Source: a virus
Virus record (IMG/VR): IMGVR_UViG_3300005613_000075
Location: 1-58,669 of that record
DNA length: 58,669 nt
Direction: 5' to 3' (one strand)
In this document: in pieces, positions 37,496 to 46,268 of the stretch
How the letters are laid out: every line of letters starts with the position of its first letter
How positions within the stretch are numbered: the first letter of the stretch is position 1
The notes under the pieces: model-generated
The model's database searches: none
Seen by the model: only the letters and a program-made list of their open reading frames with translations
Told to the model about the DNA's origin: nothing
Translations under genes and position numbers: made by a program

Positions 37496-38331
37496 GAACA
37501 ATTGAACGGCGCATCACGGTAAGCAGCCGTTCCGATGTTATCACCATAGTACCTCTCTTCGACCTCCATATCGGGACCGCTCGCTGTCGTGAGGACAAGC
37601 TCAAGGCTGTCATTGAGGATATTCGCCAAAGCAAAAATACCTACTGGCTTGGCGGCGGGGACTATGCTGAGTTCATTAACCGCTCCGATCCTCGGCACAA
37701 GGAATCAGATTTAGCACGGTGGTTGCACGGAGAAGACGATCTGGCTAAAGCTCAGTGTCAGCATTTGCTCAAGCTGTTGGTTCCCATTGCTGATAAGTGC
37801 ATCGGGATATTGTCGGGCAACCACGAGGGGCAAGTACTCAAGCACTATGAGCGCAACGTGTATGCCTTCATTCTCGAAGCCATCAAAGACGCTGGCGGAC
37901 ACAAAGGACAACTGGGGCTTGGCTATCGGGGCTTTATCACCCTGCGCATCAATCGCGACGGTCATCACATTAATACCTTGACTATTTATGCCGAGCATGG
38001 TTGGGGCGGCGGGCGGCTCAAAGGTGGTGACGTGCTTAATTCGCAGCGAATATTTGCCTATTTCGACTGTGATCTGTACCTGGCTGGACACAGACACAAG
38101 GCGCACCTGATACCACACACTATGATTTCCGCCAGAGGCAAGCACATTAAACGTGCCACCAAACTAGCGGCCATGCCTGGTTCATTCCGAGATGTGACGC
38201 TGTCGCACGCTGAGGATGATCCGGGCAGCTATGAGGACAGTAAGGGCCTGCCACCAGGAGACGCTGCCGGGGTGAAAATTTACTTCGAGCCGGACAGCCG
38301 CATCCTACGGGGCGAGATATTCCCGTACTAA
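37492..38331 (+). CDS. Calcineurin-like metallophosphoesterase
   Basis: Ordered motifs DLHIG, GGDYAEF, GNHEG, HGWGGG, GHRH. Confidence 0.7.
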   Translation: MRTIERRITVSSRSDVITIVPLFDLHIGTARCREDKLKAVIEDIRQSKNTYWLGGGDYAEFINRSDPRHKESDLARWLHGEDDLAKAQCQHLLKLLVPIADKCIGILSGNHEGQVLKHYERNVYAFILEAIKDAGGHKGQLGLGYRGFITLRINRDGHHINTLTIYAEHGWGGGRLKGGDVLNSQRIFAYFDCDLYLAGHRHKAHLIPHTMISARGKHIKRATKLAAMPGSFRDVTLSHAEDDPGSYEDSKGLPPGDAAGVKIYFEPDSRILRGEIFPY

Positions 38332-38425
38332 AACGTCGGTACTTATTTACAGATTTGTGGTAAAGTGATAATAAGAGCGCGCATAAAATAATAGGAGCGA
38401 GCGTAATAGGCGCGTATACGGCTGA

Positions 38426-38719
38426 GTGAGTCAGCACGAGAGACTAACGGGTGCAAGTCCGGCTTGTTGGGAAGACTCGCACTTTTGGGGAGACGTGATC
38501 TACAGGCACGGGGGACACGCGGATCGTTCGCCCCACGCACGCGTGGAGGTTTGGCAAGTCCCTACCGCTCTTCATAGCTCGTGTCCCATGCGGACAAGGA
38601 GTATACGACGCCGCCTGCTTGAACAGGCGGCGTTTGCTTTATTTCTGGATAGTGTGTATAATAGAGGTGATAGGGAACTTGGGCGGTTTTTTTCTCGCCA
38701 CATGAGCCCGCATATTTAG
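38426..38719 (+). CDS. Questionable ORF; its 5' part encodes CWEDSHFWGDVIYRHGGHA, paralogous to a segment of 53549..53821
   Basis: About 85% nt identity over ~65 nt to 53661-53725, with many differences at codon third positions. However, the ORF has no SD and reads through a strong terminator and the next promoter. Confidence 0.25.
   Translation: MSQHERLTGASPACWEDSHFWGDVIYRHGGHADRSPHARVEVWQVPTALHSSCPMRTRSIRRRLLEQAAFALFLDSVYNRGDRELGRFFSRHMSPHI
38608..38644 (+). terminator. Rho-independent terminator
   Basis: ACGCCGCCTG-cttgaa-CAGGCGGCGT perfect 10-bp stem followed by a TTTGCTTTATTT tract. Confidence 0.8.
38634..38662 (+). promoter_or_regulatory. Sigma70-like promoter TTGCTT-17-TATAAT
   Basis: -35 at 38634-38639 inside the terminator tail, -10 at 38657-38662; start of the early region. 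Confidence 0.5.
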
Positions 38720-38801
38720 CTCAACCGACCCGTTCCCTATCAAGAATGGCGAGGGGCTGAATGTGCGGGCTTTTGTGTTGCAGAGAGGGAAGTGTGAGAA
38801 C

Positions 38802-38891
38802 ATGGGCTTCTGGGAGGGATTTGCGTTTGGGTATGCCACTTGTCTAATCGTGGTGACAATCTGGTCGTTCACCACCGGGAAGAAAATATAA
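38802..38891 (+). CDS. Possible 29-aa hydrophobic peptide
   Basis: MGFWEGFAFGYATCLIVVTIWSFTTGKKI; GAGAGGGA SD-like sequence about 13 nt upstream (long spacing); below the ORF-track cutoff. Confidence 0.25.
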   Translation: MGFWEGFAFGYATCLIVVTIWSFTTGKKI

Positions 38892-38915
38892 AGCAGAAAC
38901 GGAGCGGAGATAGCC

Positions 38916-39584
38916 ATGACCATCACCACCCTTGCCACCGTGATCTGTTGGCTGGCTCCCGTGCCGTCGGCCTACCTGGTAGGCACGTCCGCCATGCGGA
39001 ACCTTAATCTACCACTACCGGTGGCGGTGGTGCTAGCCTTTGTGATCGAGGGCCTGGGGTTAGTGTGCTCCCATCTGGCCCTGGGCTTCTGGAACCACAA
39101 CCGCCACACTTACCGCCTGGCGGAATATCGCCGGGCCTGGACGGAGTTCTGGCTAGAGATCGGGATGTACACTTTGTACTTTGTCACCACCCTAGCGTTA
39201 CTGGCAATGCTGGAACTGGCCTGGGTGACGCTTCTATTCCCGGTACTGGCGGCCATCGGCGTGGTGAACCTGGCCCTGTTGCGCCAACTGGCGGAGCTAC
39301 GAACACCGGTGAAACGGGTGGCACAGCCTATCGTACAAAAGACGAACAAGAAGAACAAACCGGAAACACCAGATACAGGCAACGAACTGGATAATGCTAT
39401 CTTGTCGTATTACCACGAATATCGGTACGCTACCATGAGACAAGTCGCTTCTCAGGTAGGCTGCGCGGCATCAACCGTGAACAAGCATGTTCGCAAAATG
39501 GAAACAGCGGGATACCTCAGCCGGAATGGCAAAGGAACGGAGGTAAACATGAGTAATACGAAAACAGAAGGGGGAGAACCATGA
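38916..39584 (+). CDS. Membrane protein (about 4 TM) with C-terminal winged-helix DNA-binding-like domain
   Basis: Hydrophobic N-terminal 120 aa; C-terminus YATMRQVASQVGCAASTVNKHVRKMETAGYLSRNG resembles a MarR-type wHTH. Confidence 0.5.
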   Translation: MTITTLATVICWLAPVPSAYLVGTSAMRNLNLPLPVAVVLAFVIEGLGLVCSHLALGFWNHNRHTYRLAEYRRAWTEFWLEIGMYTLYFVTTLALLAMLELAWVTLLFPVLAAIGVVNLALLRQLAELRTPVKRVAQPIVQKTNKKNKPETPDTGNELDNAILSYYHEYRYATMRQVASQVGCAASTVNKHVRKMETAGYLSRNGKGTEVNMSNTKTEGGEP

Positions 39585-40195
39585 AGAACTACGATAGCAC
39601 TATCCAGGCAACCACCTTCGAGACACCTACCCCAGGAGCCGCGGCGGAGGTATGGAATGTGTTAGTATTTGCCACCGGTGGCAGCCTCTCCATTATTCTG
39701 GGGGGAGCAGTGTTCCTCTTGGCGGTGGACATGCTACACTGGGAGCGGTTGCGACTATTTGTCATCGTGGCGGCTGTGCCCTGGGTGCTGGTAGGGGCCT
39801 TGCTCATCATTGCTACCTATCAGCAAAGCGTAGCTCTATTGGAGCGACTGACAGGCCGGGACTTGGATGGCTCTGGTGAAATAGGCGACATTCCTGATAT
39901 CCGAATTGTGCCCTACCGCGGACCGTCTCACACTGTGGGGGGCTGCGTACCAGATGATCTGCGATATTTCGTGCGTACTATTGTGGCTACCGGTGATTGG
40001 ACGCAAAAAACCTGGCGGGGGAAACAGCTCCCCTCGGGCCAGAAATGCGATAATGACTATCATGCCAAACTGTGTGCTGTGTTGCAAAGAATTGGGATCA
40101 TTGTCGGGGCCGGACCGCGAGTATCAGGGACTCTGACCACCACCGATGTGGGGGAGATATTGGATTTGCTAGGGCTAAACGGTGAACTAAACTGA
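39581..40195 (+). CDS. Membrane protein with cytoplasmic C-terminal domain
   Basis: Two TM segments; ATGA coupling with the previous gene. Confidence 0.5.
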   Translation: MKNYDSTIQATTFETPTPGAAAEVWNVLVFATGGSLSIILGGAVFLLAVDMLHWERLRLFVIVAAVPWVLVGALLIIATYQQSVALLERLTGRDLDGSGEIGDIPDIRIVPYRGPSHTVGGCVPDDLRYFVRTIVATGDWTQKTWRGKQLPSGQKCDNDYHAKLCAVLQRIGIIVGAGPRVSGTLTTTDVGEILDLLGLNGELN

Positions 40196-40251
40196 ACTGA
40201 CTGACACCGTTCAGCGAATTTACTGTCACGCAGACAAACGGGAGGGGACTA

Positions 40252-40572
40252 ATGGGGAGACAGCGTAGTAGCGTGTTTAAGACACTACTGGACATCGGTT
40301 GTACACTGGATTGGATAACGCCGGCAGTGGCGTTTGTCAAAGACATCTGCAACGGGCCATGCTATACCTTCAGCATACCGGAACGCGCCCGGACCGGACG
40401 ATCTATCAAACGCCTGCTGAGGCAGCACGGCATATCTCACTGGGGCTGTCTGATTGTCAACAACAGCTTCATTTTCACGGTGCGACAGGGACAAGCACAC
40501 CTCGTTCAGCATCTACTGCAACAACAGGGAGTACCTATCGAGAACCCACTAAAGATAGGGAGGAAACCATGA
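40252..40572 (+). CDS. Hypothetical basic protein
   Basis: GGGAGGGGA SD; 106 aa. Confidence 0.5.
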   Translation: MGRQRSSVFKTLLDIGCTLDWITPAVAFVKDICNGPCYTFSIPERARTGRSIKRLLRQHGISHWGCLIVNNSFIFTVRQGQAHLVQHLLQQQGVPIENPLKIGRKP

Positions 40573-40769
40573 GTACTGATGTATGGTTCCGGAGCGACAT
40601 ACACCACGCGTTGCAGGCCGCCGCCGCAGCTGGACAGGAGACCGCGATGGTGGCTCGTGACGACAACTATCTGCGGGGATACGCCGCGGCGCTGAGGATG
40701 TTGGCCTTGACGTTCGGGTTGAATCCGATTGAGATTGTACCGGAGCGCACAGAGCGAAAATACCGGTAA
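40569..40769 (+). CDS. Hypothetical protein
   Basis: ATGA coupling; in-frame part of tracked ORF 40299..40769. Confidence 0.45.
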   Translation: MSTDVWFRSDIHHALQAAAAAGQETAMVARDDNYLRGYAAALRMLALTFGLNPIEIVPERTERKYR

Positions 40770-41048
40770 TTCAGGCCAAAACAGCCACCACAATCGCCTC
40801 TACGCCCCAATTTCTAGCCATTCTGTACCAATTCTAACACAATTCTATACAATACGGGTATCATACTATACCAATAATCACTTACACAACACGCTATGTA
40901 CCGTCAATATACATCAGAACGGAAAAATACCGAAAAAACAGGGCATATCATAACACCTAAAACGGAAAATCGCCCACACGGGCTAATACAGTGCGAGTCG
41001 CGTGCAGGCTTTTTAAGGTTCGGAAGTGAGAACTCGTGCTCAAAACCC

Positions 41049-41077
41049 TTGACAAATATACAGATATGTGGTATAAT
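41049..41077 (+). promoter_or_regulatory. Strong sigma70-like early promoter TTGACA-17-TATAAT with TGn extended -10
   Basis: Consensus hexamers; shares downstream TATAATAATTATAGAAT with the promoter at 43169. Confidence 0.7.
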
Positions 41078-41120
41078 AATTATAGAATTGAGAATGAAAA
41101 CACACGAGAGGAGAAGGAAG

Positions 41121-41483
41121 ATGATAGAGGGATACATCACCACACAGCAACGCAGGGAATACGAGAAGAAGCACGGGGGCCATGTCACTCGCTATGGGAA
41201 CCACTACACCAGCGAAGAGTGGGCCACAGAACAGGCCGGATACCAAGCAGAGCAAACAGTGCGCGACAGCTATGTTGAGAGAATGGAAGCCATGTACCAA
41301 GTAGCTACAGAAAAGCTCAAAGCTCTGGGCATCACCAACAACACCCGGAAGGTCATTGAGCACATCTGGGAGAATGGCACCGAGGAAATTACCTTCACCA
41401 GCCAAGAACGCAAGATAGAAGTAGAAGAAATCAACAACTGGATGATAGCCCAGGAACGGATGATAGCCCAGGAACTGAGCTAG
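41121..41483 (+). CDS. Hypothetical protein
   Basis: Follows the CACGAGAGGAGA box at 41103-41114; 120 aa. Confidence 0.55.
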   Translation: MIEGYITTQQRREYEKKHGGHVTRYGNHYTSEEWATEQAGYQAEQTVRDSYVERMEAMYQVATEKLKALGITNNTRKVIEHIWENGTEEITFTSQERKIEVEEINNWMIAQERMIAQELS

Positions 41484-41533
41484 CCACCACACGGCGGGGC
41501 GTAGGCCCCGCCACACATGAAAGGGGAAGGACA

Positions 41534-41734
41534 ATGAATTGCAATCAATGTGGAGCAGAACTGGATAAGAGCGAGATCGCCAAGATGGTCAATGGCGAGA
41601 AGCCCTACGACTTCGCAGACACCCCGGACAGATGGGGTGTCGATCCGGAGAACTGTGACTGGTTCTGCGGAGACTGCGCCCGCAGTTTCGACAACAACGT
41701 CCCGGAGGACTGGGAGGTATACTATCTCGGATAG
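41534..41734 (+). CDS. Small zinc-ribbon protein
   Basis: CNQCG...CGDC; 66 aa. Confidence 0.5.
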   Translation: MNCNQCGAELDKSEIAKMVNGEKPYDFADTPDRWGVDPENCDWFCGDCARSFDNNVPEDWEVYYLG

Positions 41735-41806
41735 CCGAAACGCCCCACCCTGGGGCGTCTGCCGGGGATAGTCGCCCGGCACTGACGAAGGCAGACTGAG
41801 AGGAGA

Positions 41807-42058
41807 ATGAAAATGTCAGTTTGGAAGAAGTTGAGCTGTGGACACACTGTGTCTAACTCAATGTTAGACACGGAATGGAAAACTGGCTACTGTCAGACGT
41901 GCAAGGGCCGGTTTGATATAGTCGGCGATGAGTCCACTGTTGAGTGGACGCCTGGTCGCGTAGCGGGGACGATGGCCCGCTACGCTCCTCCGAAGGGGCG
42001 TCCAGAGCACCGGGACGATGGGGGAGACCCCAATCCCGGGTTCGGGAGAGGAGAATAA
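41807..42058 (+). CDS. Small Cys-containing protein
   Basis: GAGAGGAGA SD; CGH...CQTC; 83 aa. Confidence 0.5.
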   Translation: MKMSVWKKLSCGHTVSNSMLDTEWKTGYCQTCKGRFDIVGDESTVEWTPGRVAGTMARYAPPKGRPEHRDDGGDPNPGFGRGE

Positions 42059-42348
42059 AAATAGGCTTGTGCCTCCGGAGTGAGGCGTCTATTCAAGAGC
42101 AGGCCAGCAAATGCCGCTGATTCTGGCGGAGGGGGAACTACTCCCTCAATAAGCCTGCCGCCACGAAGGGTACAGGGCGCAAGCGTGGGACTCGCCATAG
42201 GTGCTTGTTCGTCGAGCCGGACAGCAGCCAGTACAGTTAGGGGCGAGGGGAGCGAAAAAAGGTCAAAGGGACGCTGACCGCTGGTGGGGGCCGCTCCAAG
42301 AAATCGTGAGAGCGTGACTGCGATTCTTTTATTTAGAATGGAGGCATT

Positions 42349-42537
42349 ATGATACGAAAACACCCAAGATATAGTAGACTGAGCGTCAAGAATTTACCCC
42401 TCACCGTCCGGGAGTACCTCGTCCGTCTGGTGGATGAGCGGGACTACACTGTCACTAAAGCGGTGGAACAGGGACTGCGCTTGCTGTATGAGAGAGAGTA
42501 TCCAGAGCAGAACAGGCAGGCCGATGAATCTCACTGA
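42349..42537 (+). CDS. Ribbon-helix-helix (CopG/Arc-like) DNA-binding protein, putative regulator
   Basis: 62 aa; beta-strand LSVKNLPLTV followed by two helices (REYLVRLVDE..., TKAVEQGLRLLYE); GGAGG SD. Confidence 0.45.
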   Translation: MIRKHPRYSRLSVKNLPLTVREYLVRLVDERDYTVTKAVEQGLRLLYEREYPEQNRQADESH

Positions 42538-42902
42538 GGCCGCTATCGCCCTGCTGTTCGGGCTGGTGCTGATCCTGATCACCGCCCCGCGTCCGAAGTG
42601 ATCCTCAACAGGCTATTGAGAGAGGAGGTGGCCGCCAAGAGAACGGAGACATACAACTGAGAATGAGGCATACAGGAAAGAGGCTGCGAACGGCACAGCC
42701 TGGGCCTGGCCCGAAGAGAGCCGTGTAGAAGGAGCGGTTACGCAGCGCCGGCTTCGCAGCCGGGGAGTGAGGTTGAGTGAGTCGTGTCGCTCGACCGCAC
42801 TTCCGGGCTGCTGACCACAGCCCGTTTCATTTCTTTCCTCCGAAGAGCCGGGGGCCTGACTAGCCCCCGGCGAGGGGAGGACTATCACGAGAGGAGAAGG
42901 CA

Positions 42903-43094
42903 ATGTTGAAATGGATAACGAATAGGCGCAAGGGCGAAGAGAACATCGAGACAGTACACCAGGTTGTCATTGGTGAACCGCAAGCGACGGAGACGTGCAC
43001 CGTAGAGCAACTAAAGAGCATGGGGCACGTTGGCCTATACACCGTCGTGTCAGGGGACAATGACCAGCAAACGCAGGACAGCCGGGAGAAGTGA
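42903..43094 (+). CDS. Hypothetical protein
   Basis: Follows the CACGAGAGGAGA box at 42886-42897. Confidence 0.5.
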   Translation: MLKWITNRRKGEENIETVHQVVIGEPQATETCTVEQLKSMGHVGLYTVVSGDNDQQTQDSREK

Positions 43095-43168
43095 TCCAGG
43101 TAGAGATTGGCTGTTACCACAAATTAACAAATGTCAGACTATTGTCAGGTTAGTGTCAGGAAAAGCTA

Positions 43169-43197
43169 TTGACATTAGTACAGAAGTGTGATATAAT
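43169..43197 (+). promoter_or_regulatory. Strong sigma70-like early promoter TTGACA-17-TATAAT with TGn extended -10
   Basis: Consensus hexamers; paralog of the promoter at 41049. Confidence 0.7.
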
Positions 43198-43257
43198 AAT
43201 TATAGAATAGAGAGACGGAAACAGAGACACGAGAGGAGAGAGGACAAGGAGAATGAA

Positions 43258-43416
43258 ATGGAACACTACAGATTCAGAATAAGAATAAATGAGATGATAA
43301 TTATCAGGGCCAAGAGCTACATCGAGGCGCTGGCCCTGGCTGATGCCCTGGATGACGGGGGGCATCAGACTTGGACCCAAGCGGCTGAGGTTATAGCCGC
43401 TTGGAAGATCGACTAA
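43258..43416 (+). CDS. Possible 52-aa protein
   Basis: Follows the CACGAGAGGAGA box at 43228-43239; MEHYRFRIRINEMIIIRAKSYIEALALADALDDGGHQTWTQAAEVIAAWKID. Confidence 0.35.
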   Translation: MEHYRFRIRINEMIIIRAKSYIEALALADALDDGGHQTWTQAAEVIAAWKID

Positions 43417-43462
43417 TCACACGGGCGGGGCCCTCGCCCCGCCTACACGAGAGGAGAGAACA

Positions 43463-43759
43463 ATGGCAAAGGCAAAATGGTACATAGAAGTAGATTCATA
43501 CTGGCAGAACAGCCCTTTGCTGTTCATTGGACCGTTCGCATCCAGGGCTGCCGCGCAGGCCGCCGCTAACGCGTCTGACGCAGTACATCAAAGCATGACT
43601 GCCTCGGATGTACATCACAATGTGCGGTACGTCATCAAGAATACCACCGGCGCGCGACGCCGTGGGATGCGAGACAATAATATTGTGTCGAATCTCAATA
43701 CGGCTGTGCCGAGCAACACAGAGGAATTGTCTCGGTTGTGGAATAGGATAAACTACTGA
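43463..43759 (+). CDS. Hypothetical protein
   Basis: Follows the CACGAGAGGAGA box at 43446-43457; 98 aa. Confidence 0.55.
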   Translation: MAKAKWYIEVDSYWQNSPLLFIGPFASRAAAQAAANASDAVHQSMTASDVHHNVRYVIKNTTGARRRGMRDNNIVSNLNTAVPSNTEELSRLWNRINY

Positions 43760-43773
43760 AGAGGAGAGGATCC

Positions 43774-44052
43774 ATGTATTACGAGACAGTACCAAGTCTA
43801 CCCGCCCCATGGTGGGAAACGAGAGGAAAGGAGAGTACCATGTGGGACGCGCAGTGTGAGGCGGATATACGAGACGAGCAGGAGGCCCGCGACGAAGCGA
43901 ACGCGGCCAAGCGCGATATTATTGAGATGATCCAGGAGATGGACAACAAAACGTTCATGTCCTGGTACGATCAGCACTGTCACGAAATGGCGGAATTGGC
44001 GGTCCGTCGCTTCGCGGCTGCTACGATGTACCACGAGGAGCCAGCCTGGTAG
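43774..44052 (+). CDS. Hypothetical protein
   Basis: GAGGAGAGG SD; 92 aa. Confidence 0.5.
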   Translation: MYYETVPSLPAPWWETRGKESTMWDAQCEADIRDEQEARDEANAAKRDIIEMIQEMDNKTFMSWYDQHCHEMAELAVRRFAAATMYHEEPAW

Positions 44053-44216
44053 GTTCCATCGGGTTCTGGCGATTGGCAACAGTCGCCGGAGCCCGGGGGA
44101 ACGTGACCCCCGGCTCCTTTCACCCCGCGCCGGTTTCTACTCTAAATGGGTTTGGACTGGGCCGGCGCGGGGTTGTGTGAAGGGAGAATAATGAGAATGA
44201 AAGAGAGGAGAGAACG

Positions 44217-45371
44217 ATGGAATTTCAAAAAGCAGTCAGGAAGCAAGTCAAAGCCCGCGTCGCTATCGCGGGGCCGGCGGGAGCCGGCAAGACCTACACC
44301 GCGTTGATCGCCGCCACCACGTTGGCAAACGGAGGGAAGATCGCCCTGATCGACACGGAACGCCAGTCGGCGCGGTTGTACGCCGACGAGTTCGAGTTCG
44401 ACGTATTGGAGCTGGATACCTTCGCCCCGGCTCTGTATGAGCAGGCTATCCAGATGGCGGAGGCCGCGGGCTACAGTGTCGTTGTGATCGATAGCCTCAG
44501 CCACGCCTGGGAAGGCGAAGGCGGGGCGTTAGACCAGAAGGGTCGCCTCGAAGATCAGCGGGGCTACAACTCGTGGACCGCTTGGCGCAAGATCACGCCG
44601 ATGCACAATGCGCTGGTGGATACCATGCTCCGATGCAATATGCACGTGATAGCCACCTTGCGCTCAAAGATGGAATATGAGCAGGTCACCGACGAAAACG
44701 GTAAGGCACGAGTACAGAAGATCGGGCTAGCTCCCATCCAGCGGCAGGGCATGGAATACGAGTTCACCTTGTTCTGCGATATGGACGTGAACCATAGCAT
44801 CAGTGTCTCCAAGACCAGGAGTAAACCGATGACCGATGCCGCGGCCCATTTGCCTAGCGCCACCTTCTGGCAGCCGTTCGCCCAGTGGCTGGACTCCGGC
44901 ACGGCATATGAACCAACCCCACCGGCAGAACATGTTTTGGTGGATGACAAACCGACCTATCAAACAACGCAGAAGAGCAACGGTACTCGCCCCTTCGAGC
45001 CAGAAACGCTGCGGGCCAAGCTGCGGGTATTCGCCAGCAAATACGCCGACCAGGACGGTGACGCCCCGACGGACAAAGTCCAGCAGCAGATGATCGCCGC
45101 CTGTCTCGACAAGGTGTGCGGAGACTCGGATCGCCGACACACCTTCACCCATGATGTCTTCATGTGGCAGAGCACCGCGGACATGAAGCTGGCTCAATTC
45201 CACGCTTTGAACAAGTGGTTGGGTTTGCCGAAGAGCGGGGACTTCGAGATGTACGACGAGGACTTGGAGTTGTGCGGCGACGAGGCCAATCGTTTGGTGA
45301 ACAGCGTGATCAACAGCGAGGCCGTGGGAACGCTGTTCGAGGAAGAGGAGGAGCTGAACGACATAGGATAG
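44217..45371 (+). CDS. RecA-fold AAA ATPase (Sak4-like recombination ATPase, putative) with C-terminal extension
   Basis: Walker A GPAGAGKTY, Walker B VVVIDSLSHAW; 384 aa. Confidence 0.55.
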   Translation: MEFQKAVRKQVKARVAIAGPAGAGKTYTALIAATTLANGGKIALIDTERQSARLYADEFEFDVLELDTFAPALYEQAIQMAEAAGYSVVVIDSLSHAWEGEGGALDQKGRLEDQRGYNSWTAWRKITPMHNALVDTMLRCNMHVIATLRSKMEYEQVTDENGKARVQKIGLAPIQRQGMEYEFTLFCDMDVNHSISVSKTRSKPMTDAAAHLPSATFWQPFAQWLDSGTAYEPTPPAEHVLVDDKPTYQTTQKSNGTRPFEPETLRAKLRVFASKYADQDGDAPTDKVQQQMIAACLDKVCGDSDRRHTFTHDVFMWQSTADMKLAQFHALNKWLGLPKSGDFEMYDEDLELCGDEANRLVNSVINSEAVGTLFEEEEELNDIG

Positions 45372-45433
45372 CCACCATCCCCGCCGACACCTGAGAAACG
45401 GGCGGCGGGGGTATGATGAAAGGAGACAGAACG

Positions 45434-46063
45434 ATGGAATCAGAAAAGCTACAGATGATTCTGAAATCACATGAGAAGCATCTGAATGGGGAAAAAGACG
45501 GTCAGCGCGCCGACCTGTACGGGGCCAACCTGCGCGGGGCCGACCTGTACGAGGCCGACCTGAGCGAGGCCAACCTGTACGGGGCCAACCTGTACGGGGC
45601 CGACCTGTACGGGGCCAACCTGCGCGGGGCCAACCTGTACGGGGCCGACCTGCGCGAGGCCAACCTGCGCGGGGCCGACCTGAGCGAGACTAAGGGATTA
45701 CTCAATCCCACAACTTGGCTTCGAGAGAAATTCAAAACCACACCGGAGGGGCTGATAGTCTACAAAGCCCTTGGAGATACATATCAGCCTGCCCCGTCCC
45801 ACTGGACAACTGCGCCGGGCGAATATCTGGAGGAAGTCGTCAATCCAGATCGGGGGACCGACTGCGGGTGCGGGGTCAACTTTGCCACACCGGAATGGAT
45901 ACAGGCTAATTACAGCGGGAGAATCCAGAACGGCACTGTCCAGGTCTGGGAATGTCTGATTGAATGGCTTGATCTGGCTTCTGTGGTCGTGCCGTTCAAC
46001 ACCGATGGCAAGGCACGGTGTGGACGGCTGAAACTGTTGCGGACCGCAGGAGAGACACCATGA
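45434..46063 (+). CDS. Pentapeptide-repeat protein with C-terminal globular domain
   Basis: At least 12 consecutive A(D/N)LxG/E pentapeptides ([25 protein letters not shown]...); AGGAG SD before the ATG at 45434 (track start 45413). Confidence 0.8.
   Translation: MESEKLQMILKSHEKHLNGEKDGQRADLYGANLRGADLYEADLSEANLYGANLYGADLYGANLRGANLYGADLREANLRGADLSETKGLLNPTTWLREKFKTTPEGLIVYKALGDTYQPAPSHWTTAPGEYLEEVVNPDRGTDCGCGVNFATPEWIQANYSGRIQNGTVQVWECLIEWLDLASVVVPFNTDGKARCGRLKLLRTAGETP
45509..45688 (+). repeat. 12 tandem 15-bp units GCC(G/A)ACCTG(T/C/A)(A/G)CG(G/A)G (coding, pentapeptide repeats)
   Basis: Counted directly; units nearly identical at nt level. Confidence 0.9.
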
Positions 46064-46260
46064 GCAGACCAATGATAGGCAGCTATCGACTCATCAAAGC
46101 CTACGCCAGCGACGAGGACATCCGGGCCTACTGGCGGGAGCGGTACGGACACGAACCGGTGTGCATCGAGCACACCGGTGGCGGTATCCTGGCCGGGCCG
46201 GTGCTGGCCGGGGAAGAGCTAAGGCCAGGGGAAGAAATTGTGACGGGGAAAAGGTGGTGA
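46060..46260 (+). CDS. Hypothetical protein
   Basis: ATGA coupling; 66 aa. Confidence 0.45.
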   Translation: MSRPMIGSYRLIKAYASDEDIRAYWRERYGHEPVCIEHTGGGILAGPVLAGEELRPGEEIVTGKRW

Positions 46261-46268
46261 CGGGGATA

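Noticed and set aside
38440-38560. RNase P-like or group II intron-like RNA (GCAAGTCCGG / GGCAAGTCCC words)
   Set aside because: Only 8-10-nt word resemblance to the RNase P AAAGUCCGGGC box. No other conserved regions are present, and the segment is better explained as a diverged copy of coding sequence from 53661-53725.
42080-42277. ORF 42080-42277 (+) and ORF 41980-42363 (-) in the GC-rich gap
   Set aside because: Low-complexity Gly/Ser/Arg/Pro translations, no SD, and inconsistent with the local gene-packing style. The region is treated as noncoding and structured.
45509-45688. CRISPR-like or noncoding tandem repeat
   Set aside because: The units are contiguous 15-mers without spacers and are in frame within a pentapeptide-repeat ORF. 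This is a coding repeat, not a CRISPR array.
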